A DNA stretch of 64,000 nt, taken from the NCBI GenBank assembly GCA_963729895.1, contig CAVSQB010000009.1, forward strand, positions 1 through 64,000, in the 5' to 3' direction. The position numbers and the translations under genes were made by a program. The notes beneath the pieces were generated by a model. The model had not been told where the DNA came from. It did no database searches and was given only the letters and a program-made list of their open reading frames with translations. Below are positions 12,620 to 22,655 of this stretch, one piece after another. The DNA comes from an uncultured Fibrobacterota bacterium. Its GTDB lineage: Bacteria > Fibrobacterota > Chitinivibrionia > Chitinivibrionales > FEN-1185. How positions within the stretch are numbered: position 1 is the first letter of the stretch; every line of letters starts with the position of its first letter.

Positions 12620-13462
12620 ATGCCGAAAATTCTGAAGATTGAACGCCTGTCGGACCTTGTCTTTCGCTACAGGATAGACGCTCCGCGTATTGCCAAAATG
12701 CGAAAGGCGGGCCAATTCGTCATCGTGCGGGCCACCACCGAAGGCGAGCGGATTCCGCTCACTATTGCAAATGCAAGTCCCGCGGAAGGCTGGATAGAAC
12801 TCATTTTTCAGGTTGCTGGAAAATCCACCAAGATCCTGTCGATCCTGAGGGAGGGAAACGAAATCATCGACCTTGCGGGACCGCTGGGCAAACCGACCCG
12901 CATCGCCAGGTTCGGCAGATGCCTGTGCGTCGGCGGCGGCGTGGGCGTCGCCGCGCTGTATCCTATTGTCAATGCGCTCAAGGCCGCGGGCAACGAGATA
13001 GTCACAATATTGGCCGCCCGCAGCTCGAAGTTGTTATTGTTGGAAAACGAAATGGGCCGGATTTCCAACAGGCTTATCATCGCCACCGACGACGGTTCAA
13101 AAGGCGGCAAAGGGTTTGCGGCGGACGCCGTAAAACAGGTGCTTGCCGAAGGTGAAGCATTCGATTTCAGCGTGATCATCGGGCCGGCAATGATGATGAA
13201 GATCACTTCGGCCGTGACCGTGGGGGCAGGTATCAAGACGGTGGTATCGCTCAACCCGATCATGATCGACGGCACGGGTATGTGCGGCGGGTGCCGCCTC
13301 ACGGTCGGCGGCGAGACCAAGTTCGGGTGCGTCGACGGGCCCGAATTCGATGCCGCAAAAATAGACTGGGATGAAATGATCAAGCGGCTCAACGGCTACC
13401 GCGGCTTCGAAATAAGCGCCGCGGAGAGACACAATTGCATTGTGACAGGCAGGCCGGCATGA
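12620..13462 (+). CDS. nfnA: NfnA/SudB-type FAD/NAD-binding [2Fe-2S] subunit of electron-bifurcating transhydrogenase
   Basis: GQFVIVR..GERIPLTIA, GPLG, GGGVG, SLNPIMIDGTGMCGGCR, CVDGPEFD. Confidence 0.88.
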   Translation: MPKILKIERLSDLVFRYRIDAPRIAKMRKAGQFVIVRATTEGERIPLTIANASPAEGWIELIFQVAGKSTKILSILREGNEIIDLAGPLGKPTRIARFGRCLCVGGGVGVAALYPIVNALKAAGNEIVTILAARSSKLLLLENEMGRISNRLIIATDDGSKGGKGFAADAVKQVLAEGEAFDFSVIIGPAMMMKITSAVTVGAGIKTVVSLNPIMIDGTGMCGGCRLTVGGETKFGCVDGPEFDAAKIDWDEMIKRLNGYRGFEISAAERHNCIVTGRPA

Positions 13463-14865
13463 CGACAAGCAGGAAAAGTGCCGTGTGCGGAGAGCGCATT
13501 CCCATGAAAGAACAAGACCCGAAGGTGCGGGTGAAGAATTTTAACGAAGTGCCCCTCGGTTACTCCGAATCCGAGGCTGTTCTGGAGGCACGGCGCTGCC
13601 TGCAATGCAAGAATCCTGTGTGCATCAAAGGCTGCCCCGTGAGCGTGAACATCCCGGAATTTGTCGGGCTTATTGCAAACGGAAAATTTGTGGAGGCCGC
13701 ACGCCGCATCAAGGAAGACAACGCACTGCCAGCGATTTGCGGCCGCGTGTGTCCGCAGGAAACCCAGTGCGAAGAGAAATGCATTCTGGGAAAAAAGGGC
13801 GCCCCCCTCGCCGTCGGCAACCTCGAACGCTTTGCCGCGGATTTCCAAATGGCGCGCGGTGAATTCGCCGCGCCCGAGATGCGGCCGAAGAACGGGAAGA
13901 AAGTTGGCGTGGTCGGCTCCGGTCCCGCAGGGCTCACCGCCGCGGGCGAACTTGCCAAACAGGGGTTCGAGGTCACGGTTTTCGAAGCCTTTCACGAGCC
14001 GGGCGGCGTGCTCGTATACGGTATTCCCGAGTTCAGGCTGCCCAAGGAAATTGTCAGAAAAGAAATCAACTGTCTGGAAAAACTCGGCGTGCATGTCGAA
14101 CGCAATTTCATTGTGGCCAGGACCGCAACCATCGACGGGCTGTTGAACGAAGAAGGATTCAGCGCCATTTTCGTGGGCTCGGGCGCCGGCCTGCCGTCGT
14201 TCATGCGCATTCCCGGAGAAAACAGCATCGGCGTGTATTCGGCAAACGAATACCTCACGCGCAGCAATCTGATGAAGGCCTACAAGGAAGACGCCGACAC
14301 GCCGATTATCCGCGGCAGGCACGTGGTAACCGTGGGCGGCGGCAACGTCGCCATGGACTCGGCGCGAACCGCCGCCAGGCTTGGCGCGGAAACGTCCTCC
14401 ATCGTGTACCGGCGGACCGAAACCGAAATGCCCGCTCGCTCGGTGGAGATCCATCACGCAAAGGAAGAAGGCATTCTCTTTCGCCTGCTTACCAATCCTG
14501 TTGCAATCCTTGCCGACGCCCATGGATTTGTCAAGGCCGTCCGCTGCATCCGCATGGAACTGGGCGCTCCGGACGATTCCGGCCGCAGGCGGCCCCTGCC
14601 CGTTACGGGCAGCGAGTTCGACATCGAATGCGATGTCGTGATTGTCGCAATAGGCAACAACCCTCATCCGCTCATCCGGGAAACCACGCCGGACATTGCC
14701 GTTACCAAACACGGCGCCATCGTTGCCGATGAAGCCGACGGCAGGACGTCAAAGAAGTTCGTCTATGCCGGAGGCGACATCGTGACCGGGGCGGCAACGG
14801 TGATTCTCGCCATGGGCGCGGGGAAGAACGCGGCGAAGAGTATTGCTGAGGATCTTGCTAAATAA
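13459..14865 (+). CDS. nfnB: NfnB/SudA (GltD-like) NADPH-binding subunit
   Basis: EARRCLQC..PVC..GCPV, CGRVCPQETQCE, GSGPAG, GGGNVAMD, YRR, AGGDIVTGAATV; ATGA overlap with nfnA. Confidence 0.88.
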   Translation: MTTSRKSAVCGERIPMKEQDPKVRVKNFNEVPLGYSESEAVLEARRCLQCKNPVCIKGCPVSVNIPEFVGLIANGKFVEAARRIKEDNALPAICGRVCPQETQCEEKCILGKKGAPLAVGNLERFAADFQMARGEFAAPEMRPKNGKKVGVVGSGPAGLTAAGELAKQGFEVTVFEAFHEPGGVLVYGIPEFRLPKEIVRKEINCLEKLGVHVERNFIVARTATIDGLLNEEGFSAIFVGSGAGLPSFMRIPGENSIGVYSANEYLTRSNLMKAYKEDADTPIIRGRHVVTVGGGNVAMDSARTAARLGAETSSIVYRRTETEMPARSVEIHHAKEEGILFRLLTNPVAILADAHGFVKAVRCIRMELGAPDDSGRRRPLPVTGSEFDIECDVVIVAIGNNPHPLIRETTPDIAVTKHGAIVADEADGRTSKKFVYAGGDIVTGAATVILAMGAGKNAAKSIAEDLAK

Positions 14866-14906
14866 CAAAGTCCCTTCCTTTTTCGATTCCCATTAAGAAA
14901 GATTCT

Positions 14907-14982
14907 GGGCGTTCCCCGTGCAGGGCCGCAAATTTCCTCAGCCCTGCACGGGGCCGGCGCGCCTTCCAGTCCTGCCTTGCGC
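14907..14982 (+). repeat. repeat family A, short/degenerate copy 3
   Basis: GGGCGTTCCCC start and CCAGTCCTGCCT end shared with copy 1. Confidence 0.55.
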
Positions 14983-15064
14983 TGGGCATAAGAACTATTC
15001 CACAATCGTCAAGCTTGGCAACTGCATTCACAGAAGCATGCGCGTTGGCGTTGTTTTTCGCCAT

Positions 15065-15308
15065 CAGCGACGCCCCCGAGGCCGGCGGATTGGCCGCTCG
15101 TGTTGTTCGAGCCCGGCACGTTCGGCACGAAGATTTGTTATGCGTTTGTGCCGATGCAAAACTCTTGACGGATAACCTTGCCGGGCGAGTTCACGAGCGG
15201 CCCGGCGGCCGAAGGACGAGGCGGCGCTGCAGGCGCGGCGTTCTTTGCTTACTTTCTTTCGCTGCAGAAAGAAAGTAAGTCTGGGTTCGGGAGTGAAGCT
15301 CCCGAACC
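15065..15308. repeat. long palindromic REP/MITE-like intergenic element
   Basis: GGCCGCTCGTG/CACGAGCGGCC inverted pair, CTTACTTTCTTTC-GCTGCA-GAAAGAAAGTAAG hairpin and GGTTCGGGAG..CTCCCGAACC hairpin. Confidence 0.5.
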
Positions 15309-15338
15309 TGTTGAAGCGCAGGCCACTCCGACAACCAA

Positions 15339-15370
15339 CAAAAAGGGCATCCTTTTGGATACCCTTTTTG
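15339..15370. terminator. bidirectional intrinsic terminator downstream of the GH2 gene
   Basis: CAAAAAGGGCATCC-TTTT-GGATACCCTTTTTG. Confidence 0.7.
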
Positions 15371-15390
15371 TCAAGACATGGTTTAAGTCT

Positions 15391-18192
15391 TTACTTAAGC
15401 ACTATCACCCGTTTGACAAACGTGCTCCCCTGGTCCACCGAACAGCGGACGAAGTAAACGCCGTTTCCATTCGCGCCGCTGATGCCGTCGCCCAGCGCCA
15501 GCGGGTGCCAGCCTTCCACCTGCCTGAAGCGCGCGACATGATGCACCACCCTGCCGCCTGCGTCAAGAATGTCGAACGACAGCATTGCGGGCACGTTGAG
15601 GAAATACCGCAGCGTTCGTCCTATCATCCGCATCTGCACCGTTGCGGCGGCAGAGACCTTTTGGCCGTATATGGGGCTGAGCACGGAAACCGAAGGAATC
15701 GGCGGCATGGCAACCGTGGTGAACGTTGCAGTGCCCTGGCACAACCCGGCCGAATTGGCGGTCACGGTAACCGTCCCGGGGTTGAATGTCGAGCGCACGG
15801 CCACCTTGCACATCCCGCCTTCGGCCGTCAGCTCGGGATCGCCGGGAGAATGATAATTGGCCCCGCCGCCGCCGGTATTGTTGTCCGCGCCGCCGCGGTA
15901 ATTACCCTCGCCGGACACGGCAAAGGTGACGTTGGGGGTCGACGTGGGGCACCAATTTCCCTGAGCATCAACAATGGTGGCTAGAATGAGGGCCGCATCC
16001 GAACCGTTGGCGTAAATTTTGAAGGTGTCGCCGTTGTCGGGCCGGACAACCGGCGCTAAAACGGTCAGCGCGACGCATGCGGGCGCGCCTGCGGTTTTCT
16101 TCACATCGGAACACACCACGTTTCCGTTCGCGTCAAGTCCCTCGGCCATCAGGGTTCCCGATGCCCAGGTCACGTTCCACTGGCACTGGCCGGGAAGCAG
16201 CGCGGTGCCCACGGTGTCCGGATAGGGTATTTGATCGTTACCCTGCTTAGCCCCGTTAATGAGCAGCCGTACCGAAGGGCAGTTGCTGAACGCGTTTACC
16301 GTCACCGCACCCGCGCGGTTCCAGTGGTATGCAAGGTTGACAACAGGCGTCACCGAATAATTGGTCCAGCACGCCTGAAAGATCTTATACAGCATTTTGG
16401 GAAGGCGGTTCCAGTCCATCATCGCGCAGCCGAACGAGCGGCCGATGCCGTCTTCTCCCGGAGTTTCCGCCATGTACCACTGGGTATAGCCGAAGACCTT
16501 TGCTTTCACCATGGTTCTCCAGTTATTCACATAGCCGTTTGCGAAGGCGAGCTCGCCGTCGTAGTCAAACCTGAAGTCGGTGCCGGCGCCCCATTCCTCG
16601 GCGCCCCACGTAGGTATCGTGGGATACTGTTGATGGAACGGCGTGGCGCAGCCTGCACCCGAGCAGGAAATGATGCTGGTGGCGCCCGCTTGCACATTGG
16701 GAACGTCGGGCCAGTAGCCCCGATCGGAGCTGGCGCGGGTGTGAACCGGGTCCCACACGCTGTCCAGCTGTGAACGGATTGCCGCTGCAAAGGTCAAATC
16801 GATGGGGCCGTTGCTCACCTCCCATGCCAGTATCGAAGGATCGTTCCTGTCCCGTATGAGCATGTCCCTGTGCGTTTCGTATTTTAGTCCGGCGTTGTAG
16901 TTTGAATCCCATGGCGCTATCTGCGAGGTCATGAAACTTCCCTCAATGTCGCCGCTGGGCTGCATGAGCATGACGCCGTACGCATCGCAGGCGGCCACGA
17001 ATTCGGAACTGCTCGTGGCATGTCCCGGTCTCCAGAGGTTGCCGCCGCAGTCGGCCATCAGTTTTGCGTCGCGCCACTGCACTTCTTCGGGCACGGCCGA
17101 GCCGAGCGCGGGATAATCGTACCGCGAGGAGCCGCCCCACAGGTAATGCGGGTGGCCATTGATAACAGGGAAATCGTTGTTCCAGGTTATCACCCGTATT
17201 CCGAGGGGGCTTTCGAAAACGTCAACCGTTGTTGCGCCGATCTTGACTATATGGTAGACCCGGTACATGTTGGGCTTGCCCCAGGGGCTGTTGGCGGGAT
17301 ACCACAGTTTGGGATCGGTCACGGTGGCGGTCTGGTCGAAAACAAAACTGCTGTCCGCGCTTATCGCCTGCGTCACGTCACCGCTCCAGACAACGATGGT
17401 GGATGCGGCCTCCACGATTTTTGTGGTGAGGGTCACGGTTGCCGCGGCGCCGCTTGCGTTCTGGACATGCGTAAGGATTTTCACGTCCGCCGAGGCGTCG
17501 GTGGCTGTTATTGCCGCGACATAGGTGCCCCAGTTATTGACAACAGAGTACACGTTGGCCGGAACGTAGACCTTGTTGACAACGTGCATCCACACGGGCC
17601 GAAACAGGCCGCCGTCACCCATGCCGTACTTGAATTCACACGAAAAATGGGGATACGTGTAAAAGCCCTCGACGTTGCTTATCTTGACCGCCAGAACGTT
17701 GTCCCCTCCCCCGAACACCGCGTTGGAGGTAATGTCCACGATAAAAGGTTCAAAACCGATCACGTGGGTGGCGCTCGGATTGTATTTGCTGTTGGTTTTA
17801 ATCATGGTGCCGTTGATGTATACTTGAGCGCCGATATGCGCTCCCTCGAATTCGACGAAAATCTTCCGCGAGGAGTACGCGTTGTCAAGCGTGAAGTGTT
17901 TCCGGTACCAGACCACCTCGCCTATGCCGTTGCCCGGGCCTCCCGCAGCCATATTGAGAAATGACTGCACGTCGGCCCATGTGTGCGGGATGCCAACGGT
18001 GGTCCACGCCGCATCGTTGAAGGCCGTGCCCGAGGCGCCGGTCGGATCGCCGATATTGAACTTCCACGGTGTGGCGCCCAGGTTGATTTTGAGCCGGACC
18101 GAAGGGTCCGGAACATACGTTTCGGCCCAGCATGCGGCGACAGCTACCAGCATCACAACAGAGACCGAGACCAGTATCCTCTTGAAAACCAT
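15391..18192 (-). CDS. secreted glycoside hydrolase family 2 protein (sugar-binding, Ig, TIM barrel, DUF4982-like domains; C-terminal sorting-like domain)
   Basis: Signal peptide; WYRKHF, FVEFEG, GGLFRPVW, GIRVI..INGH, RDRNDPSILAW, HWN..V.AFSNC.SVRLLING; C-terminal GVYFVR motif. Confidence 0.85.
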   Translation of the reverse strand: MVFKRILVSVSVVMLVAVAACWAETYVPDPSVRLKINLGATPWKFNIGDPTGASGTAFNDAAWTTVGIPHTWADVQSFLNMAAGGPGNGIGEVVWYRKHFTLDNAYSSRKIFVEFEGAHIGAQVYINGTMIKTNSKYNPSATHVIGFEPFIVDITSNAVFGGGDNVLAVKISNVEGFYTYPHFSCEFKYGMGDGGLFRPVWMHVVNKVYVPANVYSVVNNWGTYVAAITATDASADVKILTHVQNASGAAATVTLTTKIVEAASTIVVWSGDVTQAISADSSFVFDQTATVTDPKLWYPANSPWGKPNMYRVYHIVKIGATTVDVFESPLGIRVITWNNDFPVINGHPHYLWGGSSRYDYPALGSAVPEEVQWRDAKLMADCGGNLWRPGHATSSSEFVAACDAYGVMLMQPSGDIEGSFMTSQIAPWDSNYNAGLKYETHRDMLIRDRNDPSILAWEVSNGPIDLTFAAAIRSQLDSVWDPVHTRASSDRGYWPDVPNVQAGATSIISCSGAGCATPFHQQYPTIPTWGAEEWGAGTDFRFDYDGELAFANGYVNNWRTMVKAKVFGYTQWYMAETPGEDGIGRSFGCAMMDWNRLPKMLYKIFQACWTNYSVTPVVNLAYHWNRAGAVTVNAFSNCPSVRLLINGAKQGNDQIPYPDTVGTALLPGQCQWNVTWASGTLMAEGLDANGNVVCSDVKKTAGAPACVALTVLAPVVRPDNGDTFKIYANGSDAALILATIVDAQGNWCPTSTPNVTFAVSGEGNYRGGADNNTGGGGANYHSPGDPELTAEGGMCKVAVRSTFNPGTVTVTANSAGLCQGTATFTTVAMPPIPSVSVLSPIYGQKVSAAATVQMRMIGRTLRYFLNVPAMLSFDILDAGGRVVHHVARFRQVEGWHPLALGDGISGANGNGVYFVRCSVDQGSTFVKRVIVLK

Positions 18193-18505
18193 GCGTCCCC
18201 CCTTTTTTGAACCGTTAATCGTTTAATCCTGATAGGAAAACCCATTCTCGCTGTCGAATCGCACTTCGCGACAACTTTCCAGAATCCTGGAGACCTTATC
18301 GTGCCAGAAGCAGTGGGAAAAACCGCCGGAAGAAATATGCAACATATCACCGTCGTGTCGCGGGCCGGTACCCTGCCTCTAAATATATTAAATAAAATCA
18401 GGAGAAACCCAGGAATCTTTGGCGGGATTCCGGGAGGTTTTGTAGACTGTCTGCCGTCGCACCACGAAAGACGTGAGGAGGGAATGGCTCTGTGGTGAAT
18501 CTTCT

Positions 18506-19861
18506 CTAAAATCGAACGTCCGCGGTGAGTCTGAGGGTCAGGGACTCGCCGGGAAACGTGTATTCCGTTGCCTGCGGCCCCGCGTAGCCGATGATCATCG
18601 CGCCGAGGGTGAGGTTGCTCAGCGTGGTGTAAGCGACGGAACCGGTGACGATGCCGCAGCGCTGGGAGATGTTCATGATCCCGTTGACGTTAAAGGTGAG
18701 CTCGCTCAGAATGAACCGGCTGATCCCGATGAACACCGCGGCGTAATACGGCGAATGGTAATTCGCGTCGTACAACCCGCTCGATAGGAGAAATTGCGCT
18801 TTGGTAACGCGTGGCTGCGGAACAGGAAGTCCCGCGGGCAGCGAAGCAACGGACCCGGCAACCGGGTAGTGGTTCGTGTCGGCGAACACGTTATCCCAGT
18901 ACCCGCTGCCGTTGTAGAACCCCTCCGCCTCAACGGTAAGCGCATCGTGAAAACCCATGAAGTCGAACGACCTGCTCACTCCCGCACTCACGCGCGGGAT
19001 CACCCCGTTTCGCAACGTGTCAAAGGTGAGCGCCGAGTCTTGCAACGCAATATGGGGCATGACGTTTCCGTTCGAAACCGTCGCTTCCCCGGTAATGTCG
19101 AGTCCAAGCGCCCTGGTGGAAATTGCGTAGCCGAGCACAAGGGGCTTGCCGCGCTTTCCCCACGCGGACAGCGCCATTTCCGTTGCGCCCACCAGATATT
19201 CACCCTTGACGCTCAGGGCGAGGCTGTCCGCCCGCGTCGCGCTGTGCATGTCGAGAAAAGCGTACAGGTTGTACTTCGTCGTGAAGGGAACGTGGATCTT
19301 TGCGCCCAGCGTCCCTTCGCGCGAACCGATCTTGTCGATAAACGGTTTCCTCTCCACGTTGATCAGGTCGGTGGGGTTCCAGAAGAAGCAGGTGCCCCAT
19401 TGGAGCACCTGCTTTCCAATCCGGAAATAGGCGTGCCGGTTCGCGTTGAAATCGAGGAACAACTCCCGCATGAAAACCGAATACACCTGGGCGGAATCGA
19501 GGGACGGAACATAGTCCACTTCAAGATTGCCGAACACCTTGGTGCCTTCGATGAGCCGGGCGTCGAGGTCCAGGGATCCTACCAGCAGGTCCGTGATGGC
19601 GGTGTTGCTCAGTCTCGCATGTGTCAAGAAATCTCTGTTTGTCGCGCCTATCGACGCCACGGTGACGTCACCGCCGATGCTCGTTCCCTTCTTTTCGGTG
19701 GCGTCCTTCATGTGCGCGGTATCCACCAGGCCCTTTTGCGGGGCAATGGACACGGTGTCCGCGAACAGGGCGTTTTCGTCGACGGAAGAAGAGTCGCCGG
19801 CCCGTGCGGACGCACCTGCAAGCAGCGTGAGGGACAGAACGATTTTCAGGAAGTCGGTCAT
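18506..19861 (-). CDS. putative outer-membrane beta-barrel protein of the ABC/LolA-like operon
   Basis: Signal peptide, RELFLDF..RIGKQVLQWG..FWNPTD, terminal Phe (LTADVRF). Confidence 0.65.
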   Translation of the reverse strand: MTDFLKIVLSLTLLAGASARAGDSSSVDENALFADTVSIAPQKGLVDTAHMKDATEKKGTSIGGDVTVASIGATNRDFLTHARLSNTAITDLLVGSLDLDARLIEGTKVFGNLEVDYVPSLDSAQVYSVFMRELFLDFNANRHAYFRIGKQVLQWGTCFFWNPTDLINVERKPFIDKIGSREGTLGAKIHVPFTTKYNLYAFLDMHSATRADSLALSVKGEYLVGATEMALSAWGKRGKPLVLGYAISTRALGLDITGEATVSNGNVMPHIALQDSALTFDTLRNGVIPRVSAGVSRSFDFMGFHDALTVEAEGFYNGSGYWDNVFADTNHYPVAGSVASLPAGLPVPQPRVTKAQFLLSSGLYDANYHSPYYAAVFIGISRFILSELTFNVNGIMNISQRCGIVTGSVAYTTLSNLTLGAMIIGYAGPQATEYTFPGESLTLRLTADVRF

Positions 19862-19883
19862 GGAATTGTTCCTTAATCAACAA

Positions 19884-20006
19884 AGCGTAAATGCGTATAT
19901 GTGTATATGTGTATATGCGTATATGCGGAAATCAAAATGAATTCAGCACTTGTATCCTTCTTCGCATTCACGCATACACGCATACTCACATCAACGCATA
20001 CACGCC
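19884..20006. repeat. gene-less copy of the 8-nt inverted tandem-repeat arms
   Basis: AGCGTAA ATGCGTAT ATGTGTAT ATGTGTAT ATGCGTAT ATGCGG, 33-bp spacer, then TCGCATTC ACGCATAC ACGCATAC TCACATCA ACGCATAC ACGCC. Confidence 0.8.
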
Positions 20007-20007
20007 T

Positions 20008-20763
20008 TCACTTGCTCAAATTCTCAAGATACGCCTTCGTAAATATGTCGTCGTTCAGTTTTTCGGTGGATATGCCGGCAATCTCCACTTTCGTCTTGTT
20101 CCCCTTTTCAAACTCGTCGATGAACATCTGGCTCACCGGAATGTACTTCCCTTTGATGCTCGTGTATTTGAGGAAATACGCGGTTTGCATCAGGGTCCCG
20201 GATGCGGAAAACGCTTCCTGTTTGAGCAATAGCGCATTATCGGTGCGCACCCAAAAGGTCTTCCGCGGGTAATCCACATCGTTGACTTTGGCTTTGACGG
20301 AGAACTTGTACACCGGAATCTTGCCAAGTTTTTCCTCGGTCACCCCTTGGTTGCCCGACGAATCCGCGGCCTCGTACAGTTCCGTCATGGGTCTGCGCTC
20401 GAAATCCTCGCCCTTGGCGTCCGACCCGGCAATGCTTTCATCGCGGTTGATGTGCTGGAACGTGCGGGTGTTCTGCCGGTACATCCAGAAGTTGTCTTCA
20501 ACGCGCAGGTACCCGTTGCCTTTTTCTGATTCCGGACCGGTCATCACGATGAGGTAGGAATTGTCCCGGTCGCGCCTGAAGTACAGCACGTCGAATTCCT
20601 TGATGCCCTGGCCCACCTTCTGCTGGGTAAGGGTGACGTCGGCCTTGACATCCAAGGAAAGGTTGTTGCTGTCCTCAAGCTTCTTGAGAAGTTCGAAGAC
20701 CGTGGGCGTCGCGAAAAGCGGGACCGCCGACACAAGCGATATAAGCAGTACTTTCCCGACCAT
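20008..20763 (-). CDS. outer membrane lipoprotein-sorting (LolA-like) protein
   Basis: P.SEKGNGYL...NFWMY, SIAGSD..EDF, L.DDIFTKAYL; ATG 20763 with GGAGG. Confidence 0.8.
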   Translation of the reverse strand: MVGKVLLISLVSAVPLFATPTVFELLKKLEDSNNLSLDVKADVTLTQQKVGQGIKEFDVLYFRRDRDNSYLIVMTGPESEKGNGYLRVEDNFWMYRQNTRTFQHINRDESIAGSDAKGEDFERRPMTELYEAADSSGNQGVTEEKLGKIPVYKFSVKAKVNDVDYPRKTFWVRTDNALLLKQEAFSASGTLMQTAYFLKYTSIKGKYIPVSQMFIDEFEKGNKTKVEIAGISTEKLNDDIFTKAYLENLSK

Positions 20764-20861
20764 CGCACCTCCATGATTCGAAAAATGGGTTAGATTCTCG
20801 TCCGATAGACCCTTCAACGAACTCGGGGTTACTTCACCCGTCAGGTTACTCAAAACCCGTG

Positions 20862-22634
20862 TCATTCATAATGCCTGAATGCCGCGGCGGCCGACATGTT
20901 TGCCGCGCGCCGCGCCGGGAAATATGCCGTGACAACCGCGATGAGAAGGATAAGAAGGATGTATGCCGTCGTTCCGACGGCGGTCGGCGCGAAATTCAAA
21001 TGCCCGTTCACCAGGAGCATTCCCAACGGATTGTCCTGTGCGTGTATCTTGACAAAAGTCAACAAACCCATTGCCCCAAACGCACACACGGTTCCGGTAA
21101 CGGTCGAGAACAACGCGAGAAAGAAGGTTTCGAGCAGAAACGAATTGCGCACGTCGTTCTTCTGCATGCCGATCGACCGCATGGTGCCGATCTCCCGCGT
21201 GCGCTCCCTGATCGTCATGCGAAGGGTGTTTACCACGCCGATCAGAATGATGAAGAACAGCACCATCACCGCGCCCACGGTGATCAGGTTGATGGCGTAT
21301 TCGAGATTGACCACCATGCTCGCACTTTCGTACATCGACTGCACGTTCACGGTGAACGCATGCGTTCGCATCCTCGTGACCTCTTTGGTCTGCTTCTGCA
21401 TCTCGGTAGTGGTCCTGGTTCGCGCAAGCAGGATGTATTCCGGCGCAAGCGCCGCGTAGAACGGGCTTGTCTTGACAGGAAGGAGCGCCGCGGCCGCGGA
21501 ATCGAGAGGCCGGGGCCAGTGATCGTAGAAGAACTTGTAGAACTTCGTTTCGTTCACAAGCACCACGTTCCCGGGAAGGCCGTTCGACGGCGCGAGCACG
21601 GTGGTTATCGCAAGCTTTTCGGTACAATCGCGGTCCTCGTACTTCGGCCGGTACGTAAACAGGCACGTGTCGCCGGCGCGGGCGGCCAGCGCACGGGCAA
21701 GGCCGGCGCCGATTGCGATGCTCTCACGGCCGAAGGGTTGTTTGCCCGGCGCCACGGCGGCGATCTTTGTCGAATCGGAGAGTCGCGTTCGAACCAGGGA
21801 ATCGTTCTTGAAACAGAGCACGATTGCCGCTGCGCGTGCGGCGCCGATCTGCGCGGTCCCGCTTGCGGCGGCCACGGAAGGTTCCAGCGCAGCGTGTAAT
21901 TTGTCAGCGTACTGTTTCGCATATTTTTTCGGGTCGCGCTTGAGCATGATGTACAGTTGTCCGATGTCGTGGGGGCCATAGCCTGCCAGACGCTTCAGAT
22001 CGTGAATGTTGAGAAATATCGGTGCGGACATAAAGACATTGGCGGGCTTGAAGATGCCCGCCACGGTGAGCCGTGCGGCCTGGTTCTGGCCGTTTATGTC
22101 CTGGAACCGCACGCGAAGAATGTCGTTCTTCTTGACATTAAGCGACTTGGCCTTGGTTTGCGCCAGAAGCACCGGGTTCTCCAGGTCGGCGCGTGAGAGG
22201 TCCGCAAACGACCCTTCGAGCATCTTGAAATTCTCGGCAGCGTCTTCTTTTTCCTTCTTCGTGCCCGAGGCGTTCGGGTCCATGCCGACCATAATCACGT
22301 TGTCGTTGGCGCCGTTGCCGATGGCGCGCGCCATCACGCCGACGGCTTCCTGAATGTGCGCCACGTCCGGGATTTCCTTCTTGGCAATTGCCAACATCCG
22401 GTCGCCGTCCGTAAACAGCATCCGGTACATGTTGCCGTTCTGGGAAAAACTCACGCTGACGTGGCCGGACGTATACTGCAGGATCTTGTTGAAGATCACG
22501 TCGGAAATTCCGTGCGAGAACGCGTTGGCAAGCACCAGGATCATCATGCCGAAGGCAATGGCCGTACCCAGCAGGATGTTCCTGCGTTTCTGGCGCACCA
22601 GGTTTCGCAGGGCGATGGTGGATATGACGTTCAT
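20862..22634 (-). CDS. ABC transporter permease (FtsX/LolE-like)
   Basis: IALRNL.RQKRR, NTLRMTIRERTREIGTMRSIG, YFPARRAA. Confidence 0.9.
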   Translation of the reverse strand: MNVISTIALRNLVRQKRRNILLGTAIAFGMMILVLANAFSHGISDVIFNKILQYTSGHVSVSFSQNGNMYRMLFTDGDRMLAIAKKEIPDVAHIQEAVGVMARAIGNGANDNVIMVGMDPNASGTKKEKEDAAENFKMLEGSFADLSRADLENPVLLAQTKAKSLNVKKNDILRVRFQDINGQNQAARLTVAGIFKPANVFMSAPIFLNIHDLKRLAGYGPHDIGQLYIMLKRDPKKYAKQYADKLHAALEPSVAAASGTAQIGAARAAAIVLCFKNDSLVRTRLSDSTKIAAVAPGKQPFGRESIAIGAGLARALAARAGDTCLFTYRPKYEDRDCTEKLAITTVLAPSNGLPGNVVLVNETKFYKFFYDHWPRPLDSAAAALLPVKTSPFYAALAPEYILLARTRTTTEMQKQTKEVTRMRTHAFTVNVQSMYESASMVVNLEYAINLITVGAVMVLFFIILIGVVNTLRMTIRERTREIGTMRSIGMQKNDVRNSFLLETFFLALFSTVTGTVCAFGAMGLLTFVKIHAQDNPLGMLLVNGHLNFAPTAVGTTAYILLILLIAVVTAYFPARRAANMSAAAAFRHYE

Positions 22635-22655
22635 AGGTACTCTGAAAAGAGAAAT

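Noticed and set aside
13459..14865. Annotation as the true glutamate synthase small subunit
   Set aside because: Translational coupling to an NfnA-type gene and lack of an adjacent gltB favour NfnB
18200..18500. Riboswitch (e.g. c-di-GMP) upstream of the GH2 gene
   Set aside because: Some hairpins, but no recognisable aptamer consensus or terminator
19884..20006. Short repeats as a CRISPR array
   Set aside because: Units are 8 nt, tandem and without unique spacers; no cas genes in the window
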